From an uncultured Pseudobdellovibrionaceae bacterium (GTDB lineage Bacteria > Bdellovibrionota > Bdellovibrionia > Bdellovibrionales > UBA1609), in the NCBI GenBank assembly GCA_963803705.1, contig CAWDNU010000001.1, forward strand, positions 64,001 to 128,000: a stretch of DNA of 64,000 nucleotides. The letters are read 5' to 3'. The notes beneath the pieces are model-generated. The model was not told the DNA's origin. It searched no databases and saw only the letters and a list, made by a program, of their open reading frames with translations. This document shows, one piece after another, positions 30,725 through 41,808 of this stretch; within the stretch, counting starts at the first letter, position 1; each line of letters opens with the position of its first letter. The position numbers and the translations under genes were made by a program.

Positions 30725-31598
30725 CGCTGATTATTTTTTGAGTAAGTAAGGTTGTTAAAAAAAACACCACTGAAACACAAAGCGCCAGGTGCATCATAAA
30801 TTCAAAACCAGAAAAAAATTGTAGTTGCACCAAACTTGAATACTCTTCGCTCATTTGCAAAAAAACTGAATACATAGCCGTCATTGCAAAAATAAACCCT
30901 GCTAAGGATAAAAAAGTACCTTCAAGAATTAATGGCCACCTTATAATATTTTTTTTAAACCCTAAAATTCGAAATAGATTTATTTTATTTTTATGTTCTT
31001 TTAAAGATAATGTTAGAAGTAGATACAATAATATAAATACTGATAAATACAGAGCAAGCATAAACATAAATAGACCCCATCTATTTTCTAGATAAAGCTC
31101 TGCAACCTTGTGAAGTTTGGGAAATGGTGTAGCTATGTCCGCAACTCCATTTTGAATTATAAACCTTTTTTTAATTTTAGAAGCTAAAACTATTTTTTGA
31201 ATACTTGACTGGTTAGGAAAATCGACCTTTATAAGCTTAGGCACATAATCATTGATGTCCTCGTACTTTAACCCCACGGCGCTTTTTTGAACGTCCTCTT
31301 CAATCATGAAATTGTAAACTTGTTCGTTCGACATAATCATGAGTTCAAGACTTTTATCTATGCCCAATATTTCAGCTTTCAAATTTTCAATAACAGGATC
31401 TGATACATCGGGTTTTAGCACCAACATCAATTCATAGTTAGCAGTAGTGCTTTCAAACGTATAAAAAAGATTTTTTATGCCAAATGAAGTAAAAATTAAT
31501 ATGAAATAAGTGCAAGCAAATGAAAGCATAAACGAAATAGAACGCCAAGGATAGGCGCCAACATTTCTGCTAAATTCATTGTACATAAACTTAAACAT
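30705..31598 (-). CDS. ftsX: FtsX permease
   Basis: 4-TM pattern with LFRILG...IRWPLILEG, next to ftsE. Confidence 0.8.
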   Translation of the reverse strand: MFKFMYNEFSRNVGAYPWRSISFMLSFACTYFILIFTSFGIKNLFYTFESTTANYELMLVLKPDVSDPVIENLKAEILGIDKSLELMIMSNEQVYNFMIEEDVQKSAVGLKYEDINDYVPKLIKVDFPNQSSIQKIVLASKIKKRFIIQNGVADIATPFPKLHKVAELYLENRWGLFMFMLALYLSVFILLYLLLTLSLKEHKNKINLFRILGFKKNIIRWPLILEGTFLSLAGFIFAMTAMYSVFLQMSEEYSSLVQLQFFSGFEFMMHLALCVSVVFFLTTLLTQKIISDDFIEN

Positions 31599-32235
31599 CT
31601 AATATTTTTCCCTGGCTAATTTCGATCGTTCTTTGAGAGTACTTTTTAATAAGCTCGTCGTTATGAGATGCAATAACTAAAGTGTTATTAAATTCGGCAA
31701 ATAAGTCCATTACCCTAAAACTAGTTTTCAAATCTAAATTCCCAGTAGGCTCATCTGCTATTATCAAATCTGGTTTTTGAATTAGCGTGCGAGCTATAGC
31801 AACTTGCTGTTTTTGCCCACCAGATAAAGTTTCGATATTTTTATCTTTTAAGTTTTTGATATCCAAGGATTCGAGGACAAATTCTACCTCTTTTAAATCT
31901 TTGGGCTCGCCAGTAGCATACAATGGCAAAATTATATTCTCGTACACGTTTCTGTCCCTCAATAATTTGAAGTCTTGAAAAATAACTCCGACTTTTCTTC
32001 GATGCGTTGATAAAGAAGAGTAATTTTCGTAATTAATCAACTTATCATCGACTAACACCTGTCCTGACGTAGGTACTACTAACCCTGCGATTATTCCGAA
32101 CAATGTGCTTTTACCTGCTCCGCTTCGTCCAGTTATAAACACCTTTTCTTTATTCTTAATTTTTAAATTAATATCCACCAAAGCTTTTGTTGGTCCGCTG
32201 TACGTCTTGTAGATGTGCTTTAGTTCAATCTGCAT
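31591..32235 (-). CDS. ftsE: FtsE ABC ATPase
   Basis: GRSGAGKST, IFQDFKLL, LSGGQKQ and ADEPTGNLD. Confidence 0.88.
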   Translation of the reverse strand: MQIELKHIYKTYSGPTKALVDINLKIKNKEKVFITGRSGAGKSTLFGIIAGLVVPTSGQVLVDDKLINYENYSSLSTHRRKVGVIFQDFKLLRDRNVYENIILPLYATGEPKDLKEVEFVLESLDIKNLKDKNIETLSGGQKQQVAIARTLIQKPDLIIADEPTGNLDLKTSFRVMDLFAEFNNTLVIASHNDELIKKYSQRTIEISQGKILDV

Positions 32236-32490
32236 TTAGTACCAATAACCCTGTTTTATTTTAAAAATAGACTCTGAATGCTGGCTATTTAAAACAATAC
32301 CCAGTTTGCTTTGAAGTGTACTCTTTTCTAAAGTCAGCCACGACTTATAATTCGTTTTAATGGAACCAAGAACCTTTCCCCCAGAAAAAACTCTAGTAAC
32401 TACAAACGGGTTATCTGCCCCCCAGTCTTCAGTCTGGACGTGAAACAGTTTACCTTTGTATTCAATGTCCGTGTTTTCGCATAAAAGCAT
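32236..32490 (-). CDS. Small conserved hypothetical protein (HVQTEDWG motif)
   Basis: 84-aa ORF whose stop abuts the ftsE ATG. Confidence 0.7.
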   Translation of the reverse strand: MLLCENTDIEYKGKLFHVQTEDWGADNPFVVTRVFSGGKVLGSIKTNYKSWLTLEKSTLQSKLGIVLNSQHSESIFKIKQGYWY

Positions 32491-32591
32491 ATTATTATTT
32501 ATAACACGCTCTTTTTTAATAAGTCATGAGATCTCATTTTGAAACACCCAATCAGGACCAAGTTTTGTGTCTATTTTTGACGCGTCATAAT

Positions 32592-32618
32592 TTAGAAGAC
32601 TAAGTATAATGCCGATAA
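32592..32618 (+). promoter_or_regulatory. Putative sigma28 (FliA) promoter
   Basis: TTAG-N15-GCCGATAA with a perfect -10, ending 7 bp before the ATG at 32626. Confidence 0.55.
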
Positions 32619-32625
32619 ATTATTA

Positions 32626-34449
32626 ATGATCACAGAGCTTTCTATGTTATTTTTCAAAATTGCTCTCTTAAGCTTTCTGCTGGGTGTAAACACTAAATGT
32701 GGGCAACTGAAAAGTAATAACTCTGCAGTGTTAGGAATCGAAAATCGAATTAGCTTAGATCATATTGGGCCGCCTGAACCTAGCTACTGCGTAGCACCAA
32801 CTGTCTACTCTAGCAATTTCACAATCAATGGTTCTGCAGTTTTTCAGCACCGGCCGGTAGAAAGAACTTCAACCTTTAAAGGTTTAGGAGCAGTCTCTTC
32901 AACTTCCAAACCCATTCGCTTTGCAGAATTTGTAGTGATTGATAATGTTGGTTCGATCGTTCAATGCGGAGAAACAGACATAAACGGAAATTTTAGTTTT
33001 GAAGCACCTGCGACCAATCAGGTTTACAGACTGCAGATTAGATCTCGCGCTGATAATATTTTTTTTAAAGCCAGTGTTCTGAGATCCCCAGAGTCTAATG
33101 AAGTTTACACATTAGATAAGGCTTTTTCCGCCTCTGCAGACCAAACATTTGACCTTGTAGCTAAAGCGACAGGATCTTTGTTAGGTGGAGCCTTTTACAT
33201 ATTAGATGAGATCTATAGCTACAACGAAAAATTAAGACAGCTGGCGGGTATTTGCCCTGGTGTTAGCACAGGTTGTGTTCCTTTTGCCGTCGCACCTAAA
33301 GTGTTGGTCTACTGGGAGAAAGGTTTTAATCCTGGCAGCTACTTACCAGGTTCTCCTACTAGTTCATTTTATTATAAAGGTTTGGGCAGACTCTTTCTTT
33401 TAGGAGGAGTCAACGGTGATGTTGATTTCACTGATACCGATCATTTTGATAGCAGCATTATCGCTCACGAATACTTTCACTTCCTTGAGGATATTTATAG
33501 CCGCAGCGACAGCCCAGGAGGTAGCCATAATGGCAACGAACTTATAGACCCTCGTTTGGCCTGGAGCGAGGGTGTAGCCCAGTTTTTTCAGTCTGTAATG
33601 ACCGGAATAACTCGCGTCCTTGATACTGTAGGTAACGTTGACGGAGCTTCACAACTAATTGTGGATTATTCTGTGGAAATTGCGGAAAATGACTTTCCAT
33701 CTAAACCTGGTGAAGGAGAGTTCCGTGAGTTTTCAGTGGCTCGACTTCTATGGGATCTTTACGATGACACCCCAGGTGAAACAAGTTCAGCTTTAGCATG
33801 CAGCTCACCAAATCTAAATACTGTTCAAGATAAATGTGCAAAAGATGGTTTTATACAATTTTGGTCGGTTATTACTGGTGCTGCTGGACTAAATGGCCCC
33901 CGCCGTTTCATTTCGGCTAGCCTGTTTCATCAGCTGCATAATACTATTACCGCAGGACCCGAGCAGAACTTGGTGCCTTTAAGAATATTTGAAAAGCAGT
34001 TTGCCAACAGAACTAGCTACGGTACTCGATTAGCAAGCTGTGGTGCACCCACGAATTTTGGTATTAACACGCCCTATGTTTCAAATGGAAGCAACAATTT
34101 TCTAAGCAGTCATCTAAGCGCTAACAATAGATATTTTTATATCCAACATTTTGGTGGAACCTTGGCCGTACAATTGGACTCAAGCATTACTACGAGTAAC
34201 GGTCTTTCTGGCACTGCTGATTTTTACGTTTACCCTGAAGAATACACTTTAGGAGGAACTTCTCCAATCGCGGCAAATACTTCAAATTCTACGAGCAAGG
34301 CGGTAAATATCACTACAAGTTTAGCTGCCGGATTTTATATGATTGTCGTAAACGTAAGAGATTTTAATTCAGGCACCGGTTCTATCAATGTCAATTTACA
34401 AGCAGGAGCCAACTTAGCTTCACTGGGAAATTTATGCGTATCGCCTTAA
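32626..34449 (+). CDS. Secreted zinc metallopeptidase-like protein
   Basis: IAHEYFH motif, downstream AWSEG, signal-like N-terminus and beta-rich N- and C-terminal domains. Confidence 0.7.
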   Translation: MITELSMLFFKIALLSFLLGVNTKCGQLKSNNSAVLGIENRISLDHIGPPEPSYCVAPTVYSSNFTINGSAVFQHRPVERTSTFKGLGAVSSTSKPIRFAEFVVIDNVGSIVQCGETDINGNFSFEAPATNQVYRLQIRSRADNIFFKASVLRSPESNEVYTLDKAFSASADQTFDLVAKATGSLLGGAFYILDEIYSYNEKLRQLAGICPGVSTGCVPFAVAPKVLVYWEKGFNPGSYLPGSPTSSFYYKGLGRLFLLGGVNGDVDFTDTDHFDSSIIAHEYFHFLEDIYSRSDSPGGSHNGNELIDPRLAWSEGVAQFFQSVMTGITRVLDTVGNVDGASQLIVDYSVEIAENDFPSKPGEGEFREFSVARLLWDLYDDTPGETSSALACSSPNLNTVQDKCAKDGFIQFWSVITGAAGLNGPRRFISASLFHQLHNTITAGPEQNLVPLRIFEKQFANRTSYGTRLASCGAPTNFGINTPYVSNGSNNFLSSHLSANNRYFYIQHFGGTLAVQLDSSITTSNGLSGTADFYVYPEEYTLGGTSPIAANTSNSTSKAVNITTSLAAGFYMIVVNVRDFNSGTGSINVNLQAGANLASLGNLCVSP

Positions 34450-34892
34450 TTATTCTATCTACTTTAACTATTACAAACTGTAGCTACAAATCCGGAACGA
34501 AAGATCAGATAAAGCATCTGACCCTCAAACTAGAAAAGTCCTTGAATGTTCGATTGGAAAAAAAGGGTAAGAGTAAATCAACTTTTAATATCATAGCTCA
34601 TGTAGACAGCCCAGAACCTTTCCTATCAGGCTCTTTTAAGTGGATTGTTACCGACTTCAACAATCAAAAAATTTCAGAAATTTCTGAAGACTTTAGCGGC
34701 CCTCTAACATCAATCAGTTTTGACTCTGGCACTATTGATCTAGCAAACCCAGAATTGAATTACAAAATCATTTTTATATTTAACGGCAAAACAAAAACAG
34801 AATCAATTCATAAGACGCAAATTTATAACTCGTTAATTCAAGAAGATCTGGACAGAGCTATCGAAGATCTGCAAGAACGAAACAAATATTAA
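34434..34892 (+). CDS. Hypothetical lipoprotein
   Basis: ITNC-S lipobox-like motif. Overlaps the upstream gene by 16 nt. Confidence 0.65.
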   Translation: MRIALIILSTLTITNCSYKSGTKDQIKHLTLKLEKSLNVRLEKKGKSKSTFNIIAHVDSPEPFLSGSFKWIVTDFNNQKISEISEDFSGPLTSISFDSGTIDLANPELNYKIIFIFNGKTKTESIHKTQIYNSLIQEDLDRAIEDLQERNKY

Positions 34893-34963
34893 AATGTCTA
34901 GAAATATTTATATCCTGAAATCGAGCTCTTTGGAACGCAAGCTTGCTGATTCAGGACTTAATT

Positions 34964-35551
34964 TTACTCAGGGTAGACTCTTATGTCAGGATTAAATTCA
35001 TTTTGTAAAATACTTTCTATTGCTTGAAGTGTGCCCATCATCGATGATGGGCAATTGCCGCAAGCCCCCTGGTAAGCTATTTTTAAAATATTATTTTCAT
35101 AAGCTAAAATTTCAATATCTCCCCCGTCAGCTTGAAGACCAGGCCTAATTGTTCGGTCAAAGATGGCCTCGATCTCTTGGAGTTCTTCAGACATACCCGA
35201 TCTATCTTTAGGTTTTATAAGCGCTTCTTCTTGGGGGGTTAAAAATTCTGGATTGTGGACTGGAAGCCTTGTTTCGATAACAGCTGAAACTTCTTTTTTA
35301 AAATCTTCAAAATCTATAGTGCCGTCATGAGATATGGTAAGAGTGTTTTGAAAAGCATAAACTTGCCTGACGCCGTCAAGCAAAAACAAATCATAAAATA
35401 ATAGATGCTTTTCTGATTCTTGTGGGGAATTAAATGTGGCTTTGCCTTCAGATTTGATAGTTTTATTAGTAATAAATTTTAATGCTTTTGGATTTGGCGT
35501 TATTTGCACTCTAACTTTCACATCCTGAGCACAAAACTGTTGATCAGTCAT
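34964..35551 (-). CDS. Nfu/NifU-like Fe-S carrier (Nfu_N plus NifU-C)
   Basis: TPNPKALKF and IRPGLQADGGDI...GACGNCPSS. Confidence 0.9.
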   Translation of the reverse strand: MTDQQFCAQDVKVRVQITPNPKALKFITNKTIKSEGKATFNSPQESEKHLLFYDLFLLDGVRQVYAFQNTLTISHDGTIDFEDFKKEVSAVIETRLPVHNPEFLTPQEEALIKPKDRSGMSEELQEIEAIFDRTIRPGLQADGGDIEILAYENNILKIAYQGACGNCPSSMMGTLQAIESILQNEFNPDIRVYPE

Positions 35552-36770
35552 TTAACATCTCCTGTGCTTTTTTTATCGCATTTATAAACCGATCACAATC
35601 ATCAAAATCGTTATAAATTGAAAATGAAGCTCGGATTGACGCATTCAAATCCATTTTAGTCATAATGGGTTGAGTGCAGTGATGACCCACGCGAATAGCA
35701 ACACCCAGTTGATCCACTATGGATCCAATATCTGCCGGATGAGTATTTGCTAGATTAAAGGTTATTATATTCTTTTTGGGCTCCAAGGAACCTAAAGGAG
35801 TGAAGCCAGAGAGGTCTCTCAATTTTGATATGCAGTAACTCATGAGCTCAGCCTCATGAGCTTGTAATTCGTCGTAGGAAAGATTTTGAAAGAATTTTAA
35901 ACTCTCTGAAAACGCTATCACAGCACCTATATTTGGTGTGCCCGCTTCAAATTTTTGAGGTGTTGGCAGATAAGTAATCTTATCAAAATCAACATTTGAT
36001 ATCATACTGCCTCCTCCACGAAACTCAGGCATCGAATCTAAAACCTCAACCTTACCAAAAAGCACTCCTAATCCTTCAGGGCCGAAAAGTTTATGAGCTG
36101 AGAATGTAAGAAAATCGCAGTCTAAATTATTTACATCGATGGGCAGGTAGCTAACGCTTTGAGCCGCGTCTACAAAGCTAAAGGCGTCAACTTCTTTAGC
36201 TTTTGAAATTAAAACTTCGATGGGATTTATTATTCCAAATGTGTTCGACATATGAACCATGGATACAACTAATGTTTTATCAGTGATGATTTCAGAGATG
36301 TTGGTTAAGTCCAGATTTCCACTAGTATCGAAAGGAATAGTTTTGATCTTCAAATTAAATTTTTCTGCCAACATATACCATGGCACAATGTTAGAATGAT
36401 GTTCCATTTCGGTTAAGACTATCTCATTTTTATTCGCAATCTTAGAATCAGACCTCATCAGCCATGTGCCCAGCGAACTTGCAACTAAATTGATCGAGTC
36501 TGTTGTTCCACTGGTGTAAATAACTTCTTGCTCCTTACAATTTAAGAAACCGGCTAATTCAGTTCTAGTTTTCTCAAAGTTTTCTGTGGCTTTGTTAGAA
36601 AAATAATGTGCGCCACGATGGACGTTTGAGACCTCGCCGCTTAAGTATTCGGTAAGCCTTTCAATCATAACTCTGGGCTTTAATGTAGTCGCGGCACTGT
36701 CTAAGTAAGTTAAAGGTTTTCCATTGGCGAGCATCTTTAGCTGTGGGAATTCATTTCTTACGCTTTTCAC
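35544..36770 (-). CDS. sufS: Cysteine desulfurase SufS
   Basis: YLDSAAT, NVHRG, FSAHKLFGP and RVGHHC. Confidence 0.95.
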   Translation of the reverse strand: MKSVRNEFPQLKMLANGKPLTYLDSAATTLKPRVMIERLTEYLSGEVSNVHRGAHYFSNKATENFEKTRTELAGFLNCKEQEVIYTSGTTDSINLVASSLGTWLMRSDSKIANKNEIVLTEMEHHSNIVPWYMLAEKFNLKIKTIPFDTSGNLDLTNISEIITDKTLVVSMVHMSNTFGIINPIEVLISKAKEVDAFSFVDAAQSVSYLPIDVNNLDCDFLTFSAHKLFGPEGLGVLFGKVEVLDSMPEFRGGGSMISNVDFDKITYLPTPQKFEAGTPNIGAVIAFSESLKFFQNLSYDELQAHEAELMSYCISKLRDLSGFTPLGSLEPKKNIITFNLANTHPADIGSIVDQLGVAIRVGHHCTQPIMTKMDLNASIRASFSIYNDFDDCDRFINAIKKAQEMLND

Positions 36771-37966
36771 TAAAGCCCGCCTGACCTATTGATAGTTTGT
36801 GCCAGTTTTTCAAAGACTGTTTTTGACGATTTTTCGATAATTGAATGGCACTTTTTCCTGAGCTCCAGTGAATCTATAGCGCTTAAAACCTCACCAGCAA
36901 ATGCTTTAGACAACATCTTGTAAGCAGTTTCTGGGCTTATTCCTCTCGATACTAAATAAAAAATTTGATCCAATCCAAGCTGACCTATTGCAGCTCCGTG
37001 AGCCGCTTTTACATCATCAGCATAAATTTCAAGTTCTGGTTTAGCATTGATAAGTGCTTTCTCGCTTAATAAAATTCCTTGGCATAGCTGTGATGCATCC
37101 GTTTTTTGAGCTTGCGAATCAACAAATATTCTTCCATTAAAAACACTTTGGGCCTGATCGGCACTTATTGTTTTAAACAACTGACGACTTTCCGTTCTAG
37201 GCTTCAAGTGCAAGACTTCAGTTCTAAGTTCTGAAAAATTTTTATCTTCCGATATATTAAATGCGTTTAAGTGCCCAATACACTCTTCGTGATCAAGCAT
37301 TATGCTTTGCTGAACCCTAATCAATTTGTTCTTTAATAAGATACAGATATTCTTATATAAGCTTTTTTCACCCACTTTAATCTCAGAATTATAGATTTTA
37401 GCTTGGTCGCTTGGTTTCGTTTTTCCGGGGGTCAAACCTTGAAAAATAGCAATATGCTCTACGGTTGAATTAGAAATCTCCATCTGCATGTGTAAAGAGA
37501 AAAGCAAAGATCCTTTGGTAAGATCTTCTTCTATCAAATTCAAATTTGAATCATTCACAGAAATTTTAAGGAAAGTACATAGCGCTTGACCGTCATCTGT
37601 ATAACTAATTTTCAAACTAAGATTTTTTTGTCCAGTGACCTCTATAGCTAAGCCAAAGTTTTCCCTGTTCAAAGTTGTTAAGCTAAAGTCCAAATTAGAG
37701 ACTGTGTTTACCAAATCTAAATATTTCAAAACCTTGATCTGAATTAATTTCTCTAAATTTTTTGCTATTCTAATTTCAGTGGGACTAATTACAATTTCGG
37801 AGTAAATGTCATCGCAAAATACTTGGCTAGGTCTAACTGTATTTAAAACACTAGATGCCGTTAAGGACTCGTACATTTTTAAGTCAAAGTACTTCCAACT
37901 TTCATCATTTTTTGAAGGCCATAATTCTCTTTTTTTTAAAAGCTCAAACGGAGATAGGTTAATCAC
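36770..37966 (-). CDS. sufD: SufD
   Basis: [17 protein letters not shown] and FYLVSRGI. Confidence 0.92.
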   Translation of the reverse strand: MINLSPFELLKKRELWPSKNDESWKYFDLKMYESLTASSVLNTVRPSQVFCDDIYSEIVISPTEIRIAKNLEKLIQIKVLKYLDLVNTVSNLDFSLTTLNRENFGLAIEVTGQKNLSLKISYTDDGQALCTFLKISVNDSNLNLIEEDLTKGSLLFSLHMQMEISNSTVEHIAIFQGLTPGKTKPSDQAKIYNSEIKVGEKSLYKNICILLKNKLIRVQQSIMLDHEECIGHLNAFNISEDKNFSELRTEVLHLKPRTESRQLFKTISADQAQSVFNGRIFVDSQAQKTDASQLCQGILLSEKALINAKPELEIYADDVKAAHGAAIGQLGLDQIFYLVSRGISPETAYKMLSKAFAGEVLSAIDSLELRKKCHSIIEKSSKTVFEKLAQTINRSGGL

Positions 37967-38709
37967 AGCCAGTCGTACCCTTTGCTTTCAAGTTCGATAG
38001 CTAATGACTTGTCACCAGTTTTTACAATTTTTCCATCTTTAATTACATGTACAAAATCTGGTACAATGTAATCTAGTAATCTTTGATAATGTGTGATCAA
38101 AATAATTGATCTTTCTTTGTCTCTAAGTGCATTCACCCCTTCTGACACAATTCTTAACGAATCAATATCTAGCCCCGAGTCAGTTTCATCGAGAATACAA
38201 AGCCGTGGCGAAAGCAGAGCCATTTGTAGAATTTCGTTTCGTTTTTTTTCTCCGCCTGAAAAACCTTCGTTCAGTGATCTGTACAAAAAAGATGGATTAA
38301 TTTCTACAAGTTTAGCTTTTTGCATAACTAAAATTTCAAAATCAGCATCGGATAGTTCCTCGGTTCCTTGGTGCTTGCAAACAGCGTTGAAAGAGGCTCT
38401 TAAAAATTCATAATTTGATACCCCTGGAATTTCTGTCGGATATTGGTAAGCTATAAATACACCTTCCAAGGCTCGCTCGTAGGCTTCTAGTTCCAAGATA
38501 TTTTTCATCGAAGAATTAATTTCGTAATTTATCTCCCCAGACAAAACTTTATAGTCTGGATGTCCAGCTATAACTTTAGAAAGTGTGCTTTTTCCAGATC
38601 CATTTGGACCCATTATTGCGTGAACTTCACCAGGATTTACCTTGATGCTTAAACCTTTCAACACTTCTTTATCTTCAATATTAACTTTTAAATTTTTTAC
38701 TTCTAGCAT
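37963..38709 (-). CDS. sufC: SufC ATPase
   Basis: [23 protein letters not shown] and DETDSGLD. Confidence 0.96.
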   Translation of the reverse strand: MLEVKNLKVNIEDKEVLKGLSIKVNPGEVHAIMGPNGSGKSTLSKVIAGHPDYKVLSGEINYEINSSMKNILELEAYERALEGVFIAYQYPTEIPGVSNYEFLRASFNAVCKHQGTEELSDADFEILVMQKAKLVEINPSFLYRSLNEGFSGGEKKRNEILQMALLSPRLCILDETDSGLDIDSLRIVSEGVNALRDKERSIILITHYQRLLDYIVPDFVHVIKDGKIVKTGDKSLAIELESKGYDWL

Positions 38710-38752
38710 TCAAAACCCTTCAAATGTGCACTGGTTTGACTTTCATGTGCAA

Positions 38753-40189
38753 TTAGCCAACTGAATTTTCTAATTTCATTTCGATAAGCTTCACCGCTTC
38801 GACCGAAAATTCCAATGGTAGCTGCTTAAAAACCTCTTTACAGAAACCGTTTACTAAAATAGAGATCGACTCTTCGATACTAAGTCCACGAGACATCAAA
38901 TAAAAAAGCTGATCTTCACTCAATTTAGAAGTGCTAGCTTCGTGTTCGACAATAGCGGATTTATTTTTAATTTCCATGTAAGGAAAGGTGTTTGCGCGAC
39001 ACTGGTTCCCAACAAGCATTGAATCACATTGCGAGTAGTTCCTTGCGTTCTCTGCCGAGGGCATGATCTTAACGAGGCCTCGATAACTATTCGATGAACT
39101 ATCTGCCGATATTCCCTTTGATATAATTGTGCTTTTCGTGTTCTTTCCTATGTGAATCATTTTGGTTCCAGTATCTGCCTGCATCTTGTCATGTGTTAGA
39201 GCCACGGAATAAAAAGCACCTTCAGAATTTTCACCTTGCAAAATACAACTAGGATACTTCCATGTGATAGCCGAACCCGATTCGACCTGAGTCCAAGAAA
39301 TTTTTGAATTTTTACCCTGACACTTTCCTCTTTTAGTAACAAAGTTATAAATTCCGCCCTTACCCTCTTTATCGCCTGTGTACCAATTTTGAACGGTAGA
39401 GTACTTAATTTCAGCGTCATCCATAGCAATTAATTCCACAACAGCAGCGTGCAGTTGGTTTTCGTCTCTTTGTGGCGCTGTACAGCCTTCCAAATAATTT
39501 ACAAAGCTATCTTCCTCGGCGATTAAAAGTGTTCGTTCAAATTGTCCAGTTTCTTCGGCGTTGATTCTAAAATAAGTCGACAAATCAATCGGACATTTGA
39601 CTCCTTTGGGAATATAGCAAAACGACCCATCGGTAAAAACTGCAGAGTTCAAGGCTGCATAATAATTGTCAGCTGGTGGCACTATCTTTCCTAAATATTT
39701 CTTTACTAAAGCTGGGTGATTTTTGACGGCTTCACTAATGGAACAAAAAACAACTCCGAATTCATCTAATAGTTCATGATTGATAGTCCCTACAGAAACA
39801 CTGTCAAAAACAACATCCATAGCTACATTTGAGAGTCTTTTTTGCTCGGAGATGGGTATGCCAAGCTTCTCAAAAGTTTTTATTAGCTCAGGATCTACTT
39901 CACTTAGATCATTTAACTTTTTTTTATTGCTAGAAGACTTAGGTGCCGAATAGTAAGAAATATTTTGAAAATCGATTTTTGGATAAGAAACTGTCGACCA
40001 ATGTGGCTCTTTCATCTTTTTCCAAGTTTCAAAAGCCTTCAACCTAAAGTCTAACAGCCACTCAGGCTCTTCTTTCTTAGCTGAAATAAACCTAATGACA
40101 TCTTCGTTTAAACCCTTCGGAGCGGTATCAGACTCAATATCTGTGGTAAAACCATATTTATAGCTTCTATCTTTTAGCGCTGAATCCAT
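38753..40189 (-). CDS. sufB: SufB
   Basis: [20 protein letters not shown] and LHAAVVE. Likely start is the Met at 40189. Confidence 0.96.
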   Translation of the reverse strand: MDSALKDRSYKYGFTTDIESDTAPKGLNEDVIRFISAKKEEPEWLLDFRLKAFETWKKMKEPHWSTVSYPKIDFQNISYYSAPKSSSNKKKLNDLSEVDPELIKTFEKLGIPISEQKRLSNVAMDVVFDSVSVGTINHELLDEFGVVFCSISEAVKNHPALVKKYLGKIVPPADNYYAALNSAVFTDGSFCYIPKGVKCPIDLSTYFRINAEETGQFERTLLIAEEDSFVNYLEGCTAPQRDENQLHAAVVELIAMDDAEIKYSTVQNWYTGDKEGKGGIYNFVTKRGKCQGKNSKISWTQVESGSAITWKYPSCILQGENSEGAFYSVALTHDKMQADTGTKMIHIGKNTKSTIISKGISADSSSNSYRGLVKIMPSAENARNYSQCDSMLVGNQCRANTFPYMEIKNKSAIVEHEASTSKLSEDQLFYLMSRGLSIEESISILVNGFCKEVFKQLPLEFSVEAVKLIEMKLENSVG

Positions 40190-40376
40190 GCCTACTTGTG
40201 TCTCTTTAATGTCATAATTTGTCAAAACCTGCTGGCAATTGAGACCCATCAACAGTGTTTTTTACAACTAAAAAAACCTGAATGTCTTGTGCAGAGCTTG
40301 AAAATTCTATGTTTTAACACCATATCTAAGCTTGAAAACAATTTAGTTTGAATCGCTCTCATATTATTGGAGATCC

Positions 40377-41003
40377 ATGAGTTGGCTTAAAACAACAAGG
40401 CAGTTTTTGACCCTTCTATTCGGTATTTTAATTATTCTTGGCCTGTTTCACAGCTGCGTAAGCTATATGGGCTACTCGCAGTCGTATCATCGAATGGAAG
40501 AACCTGTTTTTAAAAATTTCAACAATTACATATATTTAAAAGAAATGGGTAATACTTATGTTTTCACTGTTGATGTACATGGTAAGTCAGTTCCACCTGA
40601 GATTGATTCTATGAATTACTTTAGTCTCGCTTCTTACAATATTGATGCCCAACTAAAATTGATGGTTTCGACTAAAAGCTGTATTTTCATAGATTCGAAG
40701 TTTGATAGTTTAGAGCCCGATGAAATGGATACGATTGTAGAATATCTAAAGGATAAAACCTGCGTTTTTTTTCACACTCCAATTTTAAAAATAAAGTCTT
40801 ATTTCGCCTTCAAAAAACCTCGCTGGTTTTATAGTGTCACCGAGGTCGATTTGCAGAAGAGCCGATTTATGACCTCCGTAGGTCTTCAGAGCGTAGCTCC
40901 CCTAACCGGAGACTTTGTAGTCATAGACACTATCAATGCTCCTGTGACTAACAGACTCTTAAATGAACTTCAGCGAAGAGACAAAATTATTTTTATTAAA
41001 TAA
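40377..41003 (+). CDS. Membrane-anchored hypothetical protein
   Basis: 208 aa with an N-terminal TM segment and GGAG RBS. Confidence 0.65.
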   Translation: MSWLKTTRQFLTLLFGILIILGLFHSCVSYMGYSQSYHRMEEPVFKNFNNYIYLKEMGNTYVFTVDVHGKSVPPEIDSMNYFSLASYNIDAQLKLMVSTKSCIFIDSKFDSLEPDEMDTIVEYLKDKTCVFFHTPILKIKSYFAFKKPRWFYSVTEVDLQKSRFMTSVGLQSVAPLTGDFVVIDTINAPVTNRLLNELQRRDKIIFIK

Positions 41004-41066
41004 CTCGACTTGTTCATTTCCTATTTCATTGGCAAAATTTATAAGTTATTTGAACGAGGAGTTTCC

Positions 41067-41783
41067 ATGCTTTTAGAACTTTTTTTTAGCACTACTTATG
41101 CAGCCGCAGAAGCCGAAGTAAATATGGGGGCATGGCACGCAATTATGTCAGCCGGGCTGATAGTAAAGTCTACGTTGTTGATACTTTTGTTCATGTCTGT
41201 CTTCTCATGGATGATTATTTTCGCTAAGCGTTCTAAGATTAATAAGATTATAAAGCAAAATAAAATTTTTCTTAAAAAATTTTGGAAATGCACATCCTTG
41301 GAAGAAGCTTTCGAAGATAAGGACGCTTATGAAGCTTCGACGCTTTACTCACTTTTTGCTGATGGCTACAAAGATTTAAAAGAAATATCGAAAATGGATA
41401 CGAAAAATTCCATGATTCAGCCGACAACAATGTTGCAGCGTTCGCTGACGCAAAAAGTAGAAAATCAAATAAACGAATTAGAAAGTCACCTGACTTTTTT
41501 GGCCACCACTGGAAGCTCTGGACCTTTCATTGGACTGTTCGGAACAGTTTGGGGCATCATGGGTGCTTTCCAAAAAATTGGGCAAATGAAAACTGCCAGT
41601 TTAGCCGTTGTCGCTCCGGGTATTTCTGAAGCTTTGATAGCTACTGCAGTAGGCCTGGCTGCCGCCATACCTGCTTCGATAGCCTATAATCATTTCACTA
41701 ACAAAATAAGAAAAGAAGAAGTCGAACTTCATCATTTCGCGAATGAGTTTTTGACGATCGCCGAAAAAAATCTTGCACAGTAA
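41067..41783 (+). CDS. tolQ: TolQ
   Basis: FLATTGSSGPFIGLFGTVWGIM and PGISEALIATA. Confidence 0.93.
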   Translation: MLLELFFSTTYAAAEAEVNMGAWHAIMSAGLIVKSTLLILLFMSVFSWMIIFAKRSKINKIIKQNKIFLKKFWKCTSLEEAFEDKDAYEASTLYSLFADGYKDLKEISKMDTKNSMIQPTTMLQRSLTQKVENQINELESHLTFLATTGSSGPFIGLFGTVWGIMGAFQKIGQMKTASLAVVAPGISEALIATAVGLAAAIPASIAYNHFTNKIRKEEVELHHFANEFLTIAEKNLAQ

Positions 41784-41808
41784 ATATTTTATCTGAAGGA
41801 ACTAACCT

